Below are positions 63,571 to 64,000 of a stretch of DNA of 64,000 nucleotides, in pieces. Every line of letters begins with the position of its first letter. Position 1 is the first letter of the stretch. The position numbers were made by a program, and so were the translations under genes. Source of the stretch: Callorhinchus milii (Eukaryota); the NCBI RefSeq assembly GCF_018977255.1, contig NW_024704743.1, positions 32,056,001 through 32,120,000 of the forward strand, in the 5' to 3' direction. Under the pieces are notes generated by a model that did not search any database, had not been told where the DNA came from, and saw nothing but the letters and a program-made list of their open reading frames with translations.

Positions 63571-63680
63571 GTAGAGGCATTAAGCTGGGAGATATTGAGA
63601 GAGTGCAGTATTTTATGGGAAAGACAAAGGCCGAGGATCTCAGATCTCTTCACAAAGTCCTATACAATAGACCTGGCTCG
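63571..63680 (+). CDS. DEK: DEK exon 4 (start of the pseudo-SAP region); gene continues past the window
   Basis: (G)RGIKLGDIERVQYFMGKTKAEDLRSLHKVLYNRPGS, 110 nt, gtatag acceptor, gtaagg donor; matches DEK L..LHK.LYNRPG. Confidence 0.96.
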
Positions 63681-64000
63681 GTAAGGACATGATACATATC
63701 TGATTATTATTTTTAAGTTGAGCAAAATTGCATTGTTGCAGTCTTGGACAATTACAGTCTGGACCTCTTGCCCATCATCAGCTCAACATAGTTGATAGCA
63801 TTGTTACCCCTGGATCAGTGTGGCTTCAAGTCTCTTGTATGGAGTTGAATTACAGAGCGTTACTAGAGAAGTGCTGCATTGTCAAAGTTAAAAGATCCTT
63901 TGAATATTTCAGAAAACAGAAGAGTTTCTCCCAATATCCTGGCTGACAATCCTGCTAAATTGATCATTCATTGCATAGCATCACCTTGCTGGGTGAAAAT

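Overview
Vertebrate genomic DNA, most likely a cartilaginous fish (inferred from shark-type CR1, DeuSINE and Penelope-type repeats, not proven). It holds two spliced genes in head-to-head orientation. RNF144B (RBR E3 ligase, minus strand) has six coding exons at 24245-24412, 17677-17781, 7266-7326, 2756-2966, 932-1076 and 205-294; the last exon lies beyond the left edge and a putative non-coding first exon is near 33.2-33.7 kb. DEK (plus strand) has a promoter and non-coding exon 1 near 55.0 kb and coding exons at 62600-62768, 62861-62974 and 63571-63680, continuing past the right edge. All these exons have GT-AG boundaries with compatible phases. The remainder is retroelement-rich: about 20 copies of a young tRNA(Ala)-headed SINE, older SacSINE1-like DeuSINEs, L2 LINEs (one with an open 538-aa RT frame), CR1 fragments, a Tx1-type LINE with a 20-bp TSD, a Penelope-type 3' fragment and an unclassified repeat family. 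I found no evidence for a novel protein-coding system or anything prokaryotic. The best leads are a 40-bp intronic hairpin that is fully paired only in the RNF144B-sense RNA, a co-varying SINE/L2 3' stem-loop, a chimeric SINE architecture, a frameshift shared by the two youngest L2 copies, and a compact NF-Y/E2F/YY1/CHR motif cluster at the DEK promoter between two contrasting minisatellites. Comparisons to human proteins and repeat consensus sequences are from memory and need database confirmation. Repeat boundaries are approximate.
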